A stretch of 64,000 bases of DNA from Alphaproteobacteria bacterium (GTDB lineage Bacteria; Pseudomonadota; Alphaproteobacteria; UBA9219): NCBI GenBank assembly GCA_009779135.1, contig WREW01000004.1, positions 13,448 to 77,447 on the forward strand, read 5' to 3'. Below the pieces are notes generated by a model. It worked only from the letters and a program-made list of their open reading frames with translations, made no database searches and was not told the DNA's origin. The translations under genes were made by a program, and so were the position numbers. Numbering within the stretch: position 1 is the first letter of the stretch; every line of letters starts with the position of its first letter. Shown here one piece after another: positions 37,480 to 47,469 of this stretch.

Positions 37480-39306
37480 CTACACTTCCCCCTTGCGGGC
37501 CATGCGCTTGCGGACATGGGGGTCGAGATAGCGCTTGCGCAGGCGGATGGATTTGGGGGTCACTTCGACAAGCTCATCGTCATCAATATAGGCAATCGCT
37601 TTTTCAAGCGTCATGTGTAAAGGCGGCGTAAGGCGGATCGCTTCATCCTTGCCGGAGGCGCGGATGTTGGTGAGTTTCTTGCCTTCAAGCACATTCACAT
37701 CCAGATCATTTTCCTTGCTGTGCTCGCCGATCACCATACCTTCATAAACCTTGGCGCCCGGGACGATAATCATGGGCCCGCGATCCTGAAGTTTCCACAT
37801 GGCATAGGCCACAGCCTCGCCCTTGCCGTTGGAGACCAAAACCCCCGTATGCCTTGCCTGAATCACGCCCTTGTGGGGCGCATAGCCGTGGAAAATCCTG
37901 TTCATCATGCCAGTGCCGCGCGTGTCGGACAAAAACTCACCATGATAACCGATCAAGCCGCGCGAAGGCGCTAAGAATGTCAAGCGCACCTTGCCGCCGC
38001 CCGAGGGGCGCATATCCGTCAGCTCAGCCTTGCGCTCCGCCATCTTGTTGACGACCGTGCCGGAGAATTGCTCATCCACATCAATCATCACTTCTTCCAT
38101 AGGCTCAAGCCTCTGGCTGTCTTCGTCGATTTTGAAGAGAACGCGCGGGCGGCTGATGGTAAGCTCAAACCCCTCGCGCCGCATCGTCTCGATTAAAATC
38201 CCAAGCTGGAGTTCGCCACGGCCCGCCACTTCAAAACTGTCTTTTTCGTCAGTCTCGCGCACGCGGATGGCGACATTGCCTTCGATCTCGCGCATTAGGC
38301 GCTCGCGGATCACGCGGCTTGTGACCTTATCGCCCTCAGTTCCGGCCAAAGGCGAGTCATTCACCGAAAACGTCATCGCAATGGTCGGCGGATCAATAGG
38401 ACGCGCCCGCAAAGGCTCCATAACGCTTATGTCCGCAAGCGTATCGGCAACAGTCGCTTTGCCAAGACCGGCCAAAGCAACAATATCGCCCGCTTCGGCG
38501 CTTTCCACAGGCGTGCGCTCAAGCCCGCGAAACGCCAGAATCTTGGTCACGCGCCCCTGTTCAATCAAATGTCCATCGCCGCGCAACGCCTTGATCGCCA
38601 TCCCGGGCTTGACGGCGCCGCTTTGAATCCGCCCTGTTAAAAGACGTCCCAGATAGGGATTGGCCTCCAAAATCGTGGCCAGCAGGCAAAAAGGCGCGCT
38701 TGCGTCAACCTTGGGCGCCGGAACATGCCGGACGATCAGGTCAAAAAGAGGCGTAAGATCTTTGTGCGCGTTCTCGACGGCTTCCATCTGCTCAACCGCC
38801 CAGCCCTGACGGCCCGAGGCAAAGAGCGTGGGGAAATCAAGCTGCTCATCACTGGCATCCAAAGCGGCGAAAAGATCGAACACTTCGTTATGAACCTCGC
38901 CGACACGCGCATCGGCGCGATCAACCTTGTTGATAACGACCATCGGTTTAAGCCCGATCGCCAAAGCTTTAGAGACCACAAACTTGGTCTGTGGCAAAGG
39001 CCCTTCAGCGGCATCCACCAAAAGCACAACGCCATCGACCATGGAGAGAATCCGCTCAACCTCGCCGCCGAAATCGGCATGGCCGGGTGTATCGACAATA
39101 TTGATGCGCGTCCCCTGCCAGAGGATCGAGGTACATTTGGCCAGAATGGTAATGCCGCGCTCGCGCTCAATATCGCCGCTGTCCATCGCGCGCTCGGTCA
39201 CCTGCTGGCCGGCGCGAAACACGCCTGACTGGCGCAGCAGCGAATCCACAAGGGTCGTCTTCCCATGATCGACATGGGCAATAATGGCAATATTCCTAAG
39301 GTTCAT
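37480..39306 (-). CDS. typA: Translational GTPase TypA/BipA
   Basis: [51 protein letters not shown]. Confidence 0.98.
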   Translation of the reverse strand: MNLRNIAIIAHVDHGKTTLVDSLLRQSGVFRAGQQVTERAMDSGDIERERGITILAKCTSILWQGTRINIVDTPGHADFGGEVERILSMVDGVVLLVDAAEGPLPQTKFVVSKALAIGLKPMVVINKVDRADARVGEVHNEVFDLFAALDASDEQLDFPTLFASGRQGWAVEQMEAVENAHKDLTPLFDLIVRHVPAPKVDASAPFCLLATILEANPYLGRLLTGRIQSGAVKPGMAIKALRGDGHLIEQGRVTKILAFRGLERTPVESAEAGDIVALAGLGKATVADTLADISVMEPLRARPIDPPTIAMTFSVNDSPLAGTEGDKVTSRVIRERLMREIEGNVAIRVRETDEKDSFEVAGRGELQLGILIETMRREGFELTISRPRVLFKIDEDSQRLEPMEEVMIDVDEQFSGTVVNKMAERKAELTDMRPSGGGKVRLTFLAPSRGLIGYHGEFLSDTRGTGMMNRIFHGYAPHKGVIQARHTGVLVSNGKGEAVAYAMWKLQDRGPMIIVPGAKVYEGMVIGEHSKENDLDVNVLEGKKLTNIRASGKDEAIRLTPPLHMTLEKAIAYIDDDELVEVTPKSIRLRKRYLDPHVRKRMARKGEV

Positions 39307-39333
39307 ACAAGGCTGCTTAACAGAACGCGCCGC

Positions 39334-39924
39334 CTATTTCAAGCGCCGCGAATAAAGGCAGCCGCAATAATCCTGCCTGTAAAAGCCCATTTCGCGGGAA
39401 AGCTCTGCGCCGCGCGCAAGCCCCCCCTGCTGCCGCCAGTTGCAATCCCAAAAGGCAGGGCCGCCTTCCTGCGCGGCCAGATGACCTGCGCGGTGAACCT
39501 GCGCCTGATCCTTTTGGCGCGAGATCGAAAGCGATGTCGCAAACCACGAAAATCCCTTCGCTTTGGCAAAGGCCGCCGTATAAGAAAGCCTCATCGTAAA
39601 GCAGACATCGCAACGCCGCCCGCGCTCAGGCACAGCCTCAAGCCCTTTGGTTTTTGTCATCCAGTTCTGAACGTCATAATCGGCATCGAAAAAAGGAATA
39701 TCGTGAATAAGCGCAAAACGGATCACTTCCGCCTTGCGGCGCTCATATTCCTTTTCCGGATGAATATTGGGATTGTAGAAAAGAATGGACGGACAAAGCT
39801 CCGCCTCTTTCATCCGCTCCAAAATCACGCAACTGCACGGCGCGCAGCAAACATGCAAAAGCACGCGCTCGCCGCTTTGCGGCGCGTGTGGCGTTTGAGG
39901 TGTGGCATGTTGCGTTGTTGTCAT
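39334..39924 (-). CDS. queH: Epoxyqueuosine reductase QueH
   Basis: LLHVCCAPCS, YNPNIHP.KEY.RR, ERGRRCDVCF.MRL, YRQDYCGC; start trimmed to exclude repeat-derived sequence. Confidence 0.9.
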   Translation of the reverse strand: MTTTQHATPQTPHAPQSGERVLLHVCCAPCSCVILERMKEAELCPSILFYNPNIHPEKEYERRKAEVIRFALIHDIPFFDADYDVQNWMTKTKGLEAVPERGRRCDVCFTMRLSYTAAFAKAKGFSWFATSLSISRQKDQAQVHRAGHLAAQEGGPAFWDCNWRQQGGLARGAELSREMGFYRQDYCGCLYSRRLK

Positions 39925-39935
39925 TTCTATTTTCC

Positions 39936-40034
39936 TGTCATCCTCGGGCAACCGCGCAGCGGTTGAGCCGGGGATCTGACGTTAGTCCACCGTCAGATCC
40001 CCGGGTTCTTGCTCCGCAAGCCCCGAGGATGACA
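39936..40034. repeat. Family-A palindromic repeat
   Basis: TGTCATCCTCGGG...CCCGAGGATGACA; GGGGATCTGAC-11 nt-GTCAGATCCCC. Confidence 0.92.
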
Positions 40035-40042
40035 AAAAGGAG

Positions 40043-41152
40043 TTAATTTTTCCGCCCGCTCTTTTTCCCCTCAAGCGCCTCAAGCCTTTTCGTCAGCATA
40101 TCCACTTTTTCCGCAAGCGGTTTGACGCGGTGCAGCGCGCGCATGTCCTCGATTATTTTTTTGCGCGGCTTGGCGGGAGCGCCGCCGACAAGGCTGCGCG
40201 GGGCAATATTGCCGGCGATCCCGCTCATGGCCATGGCCACCGTATCATCGCCGATGCGCACATGATCCGCAACGCCAACCGCGCCGCCAAGCACAACGCG
40301 GTTGCCGATTACGGCGCTTCCGGCAATACCCACGCGACCGCAGATCATGCAGTTTTCACCGATCACCACATTATGGCCCACCTGCACCTGATTGTCGATT
40401 TTCGTCCCGCTGCCGATGCGCGTTGACACAATCGTCCCGCGATCAATGCTCGTGTTTGCGCCGATCTCGACATCATCCCCGATCTCGACAGCGCCTAGCG
40501 AGGCAATACGCATCAGCTCAAGATTTTTCGCCCCGCCCACAAAGCCCGTCTCACGCGCGGCTTCAACCGAACTTGTCTGCGGCGTGACAAAACTAAACCC
40601 GTCCGCCCCGATCGAGGCGTTAAAATGAACAATCGCCCGCGCGCCGATTTTAACCCGCGCGCCGATCCGCGCGCCCGCATAAATCAAACTCCCCGCGCCG
40701 ATGCTGGCGCAAGGCCCGATATAGACCTGAGGATGTATCACGCTGCTGACCCCCACTTCGGCACCAGCGCAGATATAGCTGAAAGCGCCGATGCGGACAT
40801 CCGGCGCGATATAGGCCCCTTCTTCAATGACCGCAGTGGGATGAATGCCTTCGGGAACCTCCACAGGCTCCTCAAAAAGTCTTGTCAGCTGCGCCAGAGC
40901 CACGCGCGAGCGCCCCACCTCAATCCAAGCCTTGATGGAAGACGGCACATCCGCCCCTTTGGGCACAATCACCGCCTCGATCGCTGTATCGGCCAAAAGC
41001 GGCATAAGCGCCGGATCCATCGCCAAAACCAAATCCCTTACCGAGCGCACATCCGCCGGATGCGCAAGGCGCGTCACAACAACCGACCCATCCCCCCCAA
41101 GATCCGCACCCAGAGTCTGGGCAACCTCTTTCATTGTAAGTGTTTTAGGCAT
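40043..41152 (-). CDS. lpxD: UDP-3-O-acylglucosamine N-acyltransferase
   Basis: Hexapeptide repeats; IGADGFSF, GAVEIGDDVEIGANTSIDRG, TKIDNQVQVGHN. Confidence 0.9.
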   Translation of the reverse strand: MPKTLTMKEVAQTLGADLGGDGSVVVTRLAHPADVRSVRDLVLAMDPALMPLLADTAIEAVIVPKGADVPSSIKAWIEVGRSRVALAQLTRLFEEPVEVPEGIHPTAVIEEGAYIAPDVRIGAFSYICAGAEVGVSSVIHPQVYIGPCASIGAGSLIYAGARIGARVKIGARAIVHFNASIGADGFSFVTPQTSSVEAARETGFVGGAKNLELMRIASLGAVEIGDDVEIGANTSIDRGTIVSTRIGSGTKIDNQVQVGHNVVIGENCMICGRVGIAGSAVIGNRVVLGGAVGVADHVRIGDDTVAMAMSGIAGNIAPRSLVGGAPAKPRKKIIEDMRALHRVKPLAEKVDMLTKRLEALEGKKSGRKN

Positions 41153-41265
41153 TAAAAATCTTTCCCTGTTGTTAATCCTGCCCTTATTCTAAAGACTCCC
41201 TTTTCCAAGAGAAAGGGGTAAAGTATAAACCAAAGCCTTGAGTCGCTGAAAAATGAGGGTTTGTC

Positions 41266-42234
41266 ATGCCGTTTGCCGTCTCTTTACGTCCTTTTGCCTT
41301 GGCAGGCTTCCTTGCGCTAAGCCTTGCGCAAAGCGCGGCAGCTCAGGATATACGTCCGGTTTTCAGCCCCGAAGGCCGTTTCAGCTTTTGTCTGGCCGAG
41401 CAAACTTATGAAGATGGCCGCAAACTTACTTTTGCCTTTTCGCAGGCAGGCCAGATCAATATCGGCCCGCATATCCCTAATGCCGGTTTTCAGCAGGGAT
41501 CGAAATACGACCTCACCCTCTCTTTCGATCAGGGTGAGCCCTACAAAGTCCGCGCCGCAGCTTTGGATGAAAACACCCTGCTGCTGCAAATGGGCAGCGA
41601 AGCCGCTTTTCGTAAAAGCCTTGAATCCGGCCAAAGCATGAATATAGGCGCTGCGGGCAATATAATCTCTTTTGACCTGCCCGCCATGCCCCAGCTTTTA
41701 AAGGAACTTGAGCAATGCATCACAGACCACCTCGGCAGCCATGACGAGCAAGCGCAGGATCCGCTGCCTGAACCTCTGCGCGCCCTTCTGGAGTCCGCAG
41801 GATTTACGGATATCGAGCCGGTCAATATCAGTGGCATCCCCCCCGAGGAAAGGCCTGCGGACTATATCTGGCGCACCGGTAATCTGATCGCCGGCGTGCG
41901 CCAAAGATTGATGGAAGAAGATCAAAGAGATCTGGATATGCTGATCGGCCTTCACATGAGCGGGCTGAAAAACAAATGCCCGGGCCAGTTTTCTTCAACC
42001 CTGAACCGGCCCCAGACCGTCAAGGACGTGCAGCTGCGCACGGCTGAAGCCTTATGCGCGCCGCCGGATGAAGCTGAGGCGCCGACTATTATTGTTGCGG
42101 TCGTGTTCTACCTGACCCCTGAAGGCGGCTTTGCCATCTTCACCCACGAAAGCCCCGAAGCCCATAAAGATGAAGCACTTACGGCCCGTGATAAGCTTTT
42201 TCAAAACTTTATCCAGTCTCTGGAAAGAGGTTAA
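41266..42234 (+). CDS. Hypothetical exported two-domain protein
   Basis: Signal peptide ending AQSAAA-Q; two Cys pairs; no family recognised. Confidence 0.75.
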   Translation: MPFAVSLRPFALAGFLALSLAQSAAAQDIRPVFSPEGRFSFCLAEQTYEDGRKLTFAFSQAGQINIGPHIPNAGFQQGSKYDLTLSFDQGEPYKVRAAALDENTLLLQMGSEAAFRKSLESGQSMNIGAAGNIISFDLPAMPQLLKELEQCITDHLGSHDEQAQDPLPEPLRALLESAGFTDIEPVNISGIPPEERPADYIWRTGNLIAGVRQRLMEEDQRDLDMLIGLHMSGLKNKCPGQFSSTLNRPQTVKDVQLRTAEALCAPPDEAEAPTIIVAVVFYLTPEGGFAIFTHESPEAHKDEALTARDKLFQNFIQSLERG

Positions 42235-42314
42235 CAAACGCGCTTTTTTATTACTTTCACCCCAATATTTTGTTACTATAGAGGATCAAATCATTTCTAA
42301 AGAGGAAACTTTTG

Positions 42315-43658
42315 ATGTCATCAAAAAAGAAGATTCGGGTACGCAAACCTGTTGCTCCACCACCCCCAGACGATCTCTCCTCTCTTGAAGGGGCCAGAGG
42401 CCTTTTTGACCGCCTTGAAGAAACTGAGATTGAGGTTAAGGAAGAACCTAAAAATACTTCAAACACTTTTGAAACAACACCAATCTCGACCTCTTGGACT
42501 GATATAGGCTTGGGTGATGGGCCTTTCGCTTTCACGCCTCCCTCTCCATCCTCTTCGCCATGGCATCCAGACATGCCAGCGCAAAAGAAACAGCCACAAG
42601 AAGCCCTGCAGCCCCCTGTTCAACCGAAACCCCAAGACCGCACTATTGCTAGTCCCCCGCTCCCTGTTCAAGACGAATGGCGACGCGCCAAGGCTATTTG
42701 CCAATGGGCCAAACAAAACGCGCCAGCCTTGATTGTCGGCGGTCTTACGGGCGCAGGGGTTCGCGTTGCGGCGCAATTTGCGCTTGCGGCTTTTGTCACG
42801 ACCACGCCGGGCGTTGTTGCAGCCATAGGCTCCGCCATGGCTATCGGCGCAGTTGCCGGCGGCGTATCGAAACTCGTAACAACCTCCATCTGGGGCGGCA
42901 CGAAGAAAGAGGACAAACATTGGAAACGAAAAGCCTTCCTGCAAGGCGCTGCCATGGGCGTTATCGGCGCAGGAATCGGCGCGGGCGTTGCCCAATGGCT
43001 CATATCCAACGACTATCTGGGTGGCTGGTTCAGTCATAGCAGTGCGCCGTCCGAAGCGCCGGCGCAGGCAGCTGCGCCTCTTCCTGAGCCGGAAATTGCG
43101 CCGCCGCCTGTTGCTCCCATGGTGGAAACGCCAGCACCTGCAAACGTGTCTGATGTCCCTGCTGCTCCTTCGGTTGCTGAGGCCACAACGCCCGCCGCCG
43201 CTCCATCAGCGGTGGAAGCGCCAGCGCCCGCAGCCCTTGTGGAAACATCGCCTGCCGTTATTCCTCAAGGAAATGTTGAGGATCTCCTCACAAAAGAGCA
43301 ATTTGCAAAACTGCCGGTAGCCGTGCAAAAACTCGCCTCATCTTCCGATCCCCATGAGATCGCCCGTTTCTGCAAAGAAGCTTCCTTCAAACTTATAAAC
43401 GGCGCGGACAGAAGTCCTGAATCTTTGCAAGTCGGCGCCAAACTGATTGAGCGAGGCCTTGAAGTTGCCAAAGACGCAGGCCTAAACAACACAGTCACCA
43501 AAATGCTGCATGCCGATTTAGCATATCTTAAAGCATGGGGCATCGGGACAGACAAAAACATTGATCTGGCGCTTGACCACGCCAGACAATCCGGCACCGC
43601 AGTCCACAATTACGGGCAAAGGCTGCTAAGATTGTTTAGCCAACCGGCAAACGGTTAA
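42315..43658 (+). CDS. Hypothetical membrane protein with Gly-zipper helices, a Pro/Ala linker and a Sel1-like C-terminal motif
   Basis: GGLTGAGV, GAVAGGV, GAGIGAGV; LAYLKAWGIGTDKNIDLALDH. Confidence 0.7.
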   Translation: MSSKKKIRVRKPVAPPPPDDLSSLEGARGLFDRLEETEIEVKEEPKNTSNTFETTPISTSWTDIGLGDGPFAFTPPSPSSSPWHPDMPAQKKQPQEALQPPVQPKPQDRTIASPPLPVQDEWRRAKAICQWAKQNAPALIVGGLTGAGVRVAAQFALAAFVTTTPGVVAAIGSAMAIGAVAGGVSKLVTTSIWGGTKKEDKHWKRKAFLQGAAMGVIGAGIGAGVAQWLISNDYLGGWFSHSSAPSEAPAQAAAPLPEPEIAPPPVAPMVETPAPANVSDVPAAPSVAEATTPAAAPSAVEAPAPAALVETSPAVIPQGNVEDLLTKEQFAKLPVAVQKLASSSDPHEIARFCKEASFKLINGADRSPESLQVGAKLIERGLEVAKDAGLNNTVTKMLHADLAYLKAWGIGTDKNIDLALDHARQSGTAVHNYGQRLLRLFSQPANG

Positions 43659-43666
43659 CCTAAATA

Positions 43667-44584
43667 TTACACGCCACGCTTCTGCGCAAACCTGCCTACG
43701 GCAAGAGCGCTTATAAAGGTCAGCAGGACTCCCGCAAAATTGGCCATGGCGTTGCTGTCAAATGTCCATAGAGCGATCCCATCTTCCGCGCGGGCGATAA
43801 AGCCTTGCGCTTGCGCCACATGCTCAAGCCCATCCGGAAAGGCTGACGCAAAGGGGCTGACCAAAACCGCCAGCATAAGCGCTATGATAAGCGAAGCCGT
43901 CACAAAACGCTTATTCTCAACCGCCACCACAGGCCGCGTCTGAACGCCGCACCAAGAAGGCAAAAGATCAGTCCGCCGCATTTTTATAAGCAGCGCTACC
44001 AAGGTGGCCGTCATCAACGCCTCGCCAAGGCCGATTTGCGCATGCACCGTCAACATAGCCGGAAAGACCTTCGCCAAAGGCGAAGCGCCCGAAGCCGCCA
44101 AAGCCAGAGCGCACACAGCCGAGGCCATCATCAGGCTAAGCCAGCTTCCGGCAAAGGCTGTCATCAAAAGACCCGTTTTTCCTTCCGGCAAAACAGAGCG
44201 CAGCCTTTTCATCAAAGGCCACGCCAGAGCGCCGCCCACAAGCCCCATATTCAGCGCATTGATGCCAAAAGCCATCATCCCGCCATCGGCAAAGAACAAG
44301 CCTTGCACCGCCAGAACAACCGCCAAAGCATAAAGCGCGCCCCACGGCCCCAAAAGCAAAGCCGCCAGAGCGCCGCCCATAAAGTGGCCGCTTGTCCCGC
44401 CGCCAATGGGAAAATTAAGCATCTGCGCGGCAAAAATAAACGCGCACACTGCGGCAAAAAAGGAAAAAGGCCTGACCTGTTTTTCCTCTTTCTTCGCCAA
44501 AGCGCCATAGACCATGGCCCCGCCGACAACAAGCATAGCCGTCAAAGACAAAGGCTCGGAACAAAAACCGTTAGGGATATGCAT
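43667..44584 (-). CDS. ECF-type Co2+/Ni2+ transporter S component (CbiM/NikM) fused to a PDGLE (NikN-like) domain
   Basis: MHIPNG N-terminus, QMLNFPI.GGTSGHF.GG, QGLFFADGG, ASAFPDGLEHVA. Confidence 0.88.
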   Translation of the reverse strand: MHIPNGFCSEPLSLTAMLVVGGAMVYGALAKKEEKQVRPFSFFAAVCAFIFAAQMLNFPIGGGTSGHFMGGALAALLLGPWGALYALAVVLAVQGLFFADGGMMAFGINALNMGLVGGALAWPLMKRLRSVLPEGKTGLLMTAFAGSWLSLMMASAVCALALAASGASPLAKVFPAMLTVHAQIGLGEALMTATLVALLIKMRRTDLLPSWCGVQTRPVVAVENKRFVTASLIIALMLAVLVSPFASAFPDGLEHVAQAQGFIARAEDGIALWTFDSNAMANFAGVLLTFISALAVGRFAQKRGV

Positions 44585-44900
44585 GGAAAAACCTCATATT
44601 TTGTGGACAGCGTTTGCGAAGGACAAAGCGCAAGGAAAGAGAAGAACCGATTCGAATCATAATGGCTAAACACCTCTTTCATCAAGACCTCTTTTTTTCA
44701 AGAAAAAACAAGGCCTAAGAGCTTCATCTCCTTAAAGTTTCTGCATAAAAAACGCATGCCGCGCGAAAAATGCGTTTTTTTGGGGAAAAACGCGCGATTC
44801 TCCATTGCATCGCATCCCACGCGGCGCTAACAAGATAAGGAATGCCGATGTGATTCCAAACGTTTTCCAAAGGCATGACATTCAACATGAGGAGATTCTT

Positions 44901-45263
44901 ATGGCCAAGAAAGCAACAAGCAAAAGCAACGCGGGCGTTCGCCCTGTGAAAGAAACAATGACCAAGTCAGCTTTGGTCTCGGCGATCGCAGAAGCTAACG
45001 ACGTTTCGCGCAAAGCAGCAAGCGGGATGCTTGATACATTGATTAACGTCATGATGGGTTCTGTTCATCCGCGCGGCGTTGGTGAATTCACGCTTCCCGG
45101 CGTTCTTAAAGTGACATTGCGCAAAGTGCCTGCGCGCAAAGCCGGCACATTGATCCGCAATCCCGCAACAGGTGAAATGATGAAAGCCGCCGCCAAGCCG
45201 GCGTCCGTCCGCGTCAAAGTGCGCGCGCTATCCAAGCTGAAAAAGACGGCAAAAGGCGAATAA
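44901..45263 (+). CDS. HU/IHF family DNA-binding protein
   Basis: MTKSALVSAIAE, GEFTLPG, ARKAG..RNPATGE; GAGGAG RBS. Confidence 0.92.
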   Translation: MAKKATSKSNAGVRPVKETMTKSALVSAIAEANDVSRKAASGMLDTLINVMMGSVHPRGVGEFTLPGVLKVTLRKVPARKAGTLIRNPATGEMMKAAAKPASVRVKVRALSKLKKTAKGE

Positions 45264-45282
45264 AATTGTTTTCCTAAGAAAC

Positions 45283-45313
45283 CGGCCCTCTTGAAAAAGA
45301 GGGCCGTTTTTTT
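45283..45313. terminator. Intrinsic terminator between convergent HU and nth
   Basis: CGGCCCTCTT-GAAA-AAGAGGGCCG followed by T7. Confidence 0.85.
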
Positions 45314-45947
45314 ATGGCTTCGTTTTATCTTCAAACGCGCACCAACGCCGCACCACGCAATGAGCGCAATCAGGCTTGCGCGCCTTGCACACATAACGGC
45401 CATGCAAGATCAGCCAGTGATGCGCGCCTTCGCGCCACTTGTCCGGCACAACGCGCAAAAGCTTTTCTTCAACCTCATCCGGCGTTTTACCCGGCGCAAG
45501 ACCGGTTCTATTGGCCACGCGGAAAACATGCGTATCAACCGCGATGGTCTGCTCGCCGAACGCGACATTCAAAACAACATTGGCCGTCTTGCGCCCTACC
45601 CCGGGCAGCGCCATCAAAGAGTCGCGGTCTTGCGGAACCTGCCCGCCATGCTTTTCGATGAGAATCGCGGAAAGCGCGATAATGTTTTTGGCCTTGTTGT
45701 TAAGGAGGTTGATGCTTTTGATATGCTCGCGCAAAGCCTCATACCCCAAGGCCAGCATAGCCTTGGGCGTCTTAACCTTCTTGAACAAAGGTTTTGTCGC
45801 CTTGTTCACGCCCACATCCGTCATCTGCGCCGAAAGCACCACGGCCACCAAAAGCGTATAAGGATTAATAAAAGCCAGCTCGCTTTTGGGCATGGGCCGT
45901 TCTTTGGCCAAAGTGGCAAAAAAAAGATCAACAGCGGCAGATTTCAT
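45312..45947 (-). CDS. nth: Endonuclease III
   Basis: LLVAVVLSAQMTD, LPGVGRKTANVVL, VDTHVFRV, C-x6-C-x2-C-x5-C. Confidence 0.97.
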   Translation of the reverse strand: MKSAAVDLFFATLAKERPMPKSELAFINPYTLLVAVVLSAQMTDVGVNKATKPLFKKVKTPKAMLALGYEALREHIKSINLLNNKAKNIIALSAILIEKHGGQVPQDRDSLMALPGVGRKTANVVLNVAFGEQTIAVDTHVFRVANRTGLAPGKTPDEVEEKLLRVVPDKWREGAHHWLILHGRYVCKARKPDCAHCVVRRWCAFEDKTKP

Positions 45948-45975
45948 GCTTATATGTTAACAGAAGGATCACTTG

Positions 45976-46497
45976 ATGAAACAGCTTTTTCTTACTTTTG
46001 GCGCAAAGCCGCCCGCTTTGGCGTTTTGGAGCGTCCAAAGCCACCCTTGCGGCAAGATACTTGTGGCGACAACCGAAGAAGGCGCGATTTGCCTTCTTAT
46101 GTTTTTACAAAGCCAAAGCCCCAACGCTATCCTCAAGCACTGGAAAAAAGCCTGGCCGCAGACAAGCTTCAAACAAACGCAAAAACAAAGCAATCCTTTG
46201 CGCCCGCGCGCTTTGACCCTTTACCTTACCGGCACCGCTTTTCAGCATCGTGTCTGGAGCGCCCTTTTGGACATTCCGGCCGGCCAAACCCGCAGCTACA
46301 GCCAGCATGCGCTGGCCATCGGCCATAAAGGCGCCGCCCGCGCTGTCGGTAACGCTTTGGGCGTCAATCCTGTCACCTTTTTGATTCCCTGCCATCGTAT
46401 TCTGGCCGCAAACGGCGCAGGAGGTTTCACAGGAGGCCTTGCCTTAAAGAAAGCTCTTCTGGCCATGGAAGGCGTTCACATCTTAACTGATTTTTAA
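45976..46497 (+). CDS. ogt: Methylated-DNA--protein-cysteine methyltransferase
   Basis: GTAFQHRVW, IPAGQTRSY, ARAVGNA, IPCHR. Confidence 0.92.
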   Translation: MKQLFLTFGAKPPALAFWSVQSHPCGKILVATTEEGAICLLMFLQSQSPNAILKHWKKAWPQTSFKQTQKQSNPLRPRALTLYLTGTAFQHRVWSALLDIPAGQTRSYSQHALAIGHKGAARAVGNALGVNPVTFLIPCHRILAANGAGGFTGGLALKKALLAMEGVHILTDF

Positions 46498-46498
46498 C
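46483..46498. promoter_or_regulatory. Consensus CtrA box
   Basis: TTAA-CTGATTT-TTAAC, 50 nt upstream of 46549..47466 (overlaps the ogt stop). Confidence 0.55.
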
Positions 46499-46548
46499 AG
46501 CAAAACCTCACAATCTTAGGTAGTTTTTTCAACACAAGGAATGAAGCT

Positions 46549-47466
46549 ATGCGCTCGTATCCTCTCTTTATCACTGTTGCCGCCCTGATCCTGACTTTTT
46601 CGCCCCAGTCTTTGGCGCAGGAACTTCCCGGAAACGGCTGCACGACCTTAGGCACGACACAAATCAGTCAGGACGGCGTTTCGATGATAGCTTGTCTGCG
46701 CCTTGCGGCAAACAACCCCGTTTTGGTCTGGAAATCCATGACTCCCTTGGCCAGTGAGGCGGGGGCGCGCCCCATCCTTCAAACGGGACAGAGTGACCTG
46801 CGCCTTGGCGATGTCCTTACTGAAGGCAACAACAGAAACGGCGCTGCGCCCGGTTACGGCAAGTTTATTCTTTTTTCCGGCGGCCCGGCCATGGGAACAG
46901 CGGGAGGAAGTGAAAACAACACGCCTTTATGGATCGCGCGCCATAATGTCGGCTTCGATCAAAGCGAGCTGCGCGTTAGCCTCGGCAACAACCCTGCGGC
47001 CATAAAAGATGCGTTTGCTATCGGCCTGTCTTCAGGCGACGGTACGGTGTGGTTGCCCCGCTTTAGCGTGGACGCCTCAGGATCAGGCGCTTTTACCGGA
47101 ACCCTGAAAATCGGTCAGAGCAATGCAGGTTGCAGTGAGAGAACCGAAGGCTCTTTACGCTACAACCCCGCAAACAAGTTTGTCGAAGTGTGCAATGGCC
47201 GCTATTGGGGCAACATGACCAGCGCGGGCGTGAAAGTGCGCACAGGCGGCTGGAAAGATACCACCACCATGTGCGGTGATGTATTGATCCCCGAAGGCAC
47301 GGGCACCGTGACTCATGAGATCAGCTACTTTTTCGGCTGTCATGACGCAAAGTCGCGCACCAACTTTCAGCATGGAAGCTTCACCGGTGACGGGCCGCAG
47401 CAGGCCTGCTGCACAAATAACGGCATAAAAACCGCCAGCTGGATCTCCATCGCCACGCCGAGATAG
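46549..47466 (+). CDS. Hypothetical exported Cys-containing modular (adhesin/fibre-like) protein
   Basis: Signal peptide; GNGC..LGTT...D...IACL...WK module; GSLRYN...VEVCNG.YW module. Confidence 0.75.
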   Translation: MRSYPLFITVAALILTFSPQSLAQELPGNGCTTLGTTQISQDGVSMIACLRLAANNPVLVWKSMTPLASEAGARPILQTGQSDLRLGDVLTEGNNRNGAAPGYGKFILFSGGPAMGTAGGSENNTPLWIARHNVGFDQSELRVSLGNNPAAIKDAFAIGLSSGDGTVWLPRFSVDASGSGAFTGTLKIGQSNAGCSERTEGSLRYNPANKFVEVCNGRYWGNMTSAGVKVRTGGWKDTTTMCGDVLIPEGTGTVTHEISYFFGCHDAKSRTNFQHGSFTGDGPQQACCTNNGIKTASWISIATPR

Positions 47467-47469
47467 AAA

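Noticed and set aside
44585-44900. Cobalamin riboswitch or NikR site upstream of the CbiM-like gene
   Set aside because: No GGGAA...GGTG..TCC, B12 box or GTATGA-N16-TCATAC pattern was found on either strand.
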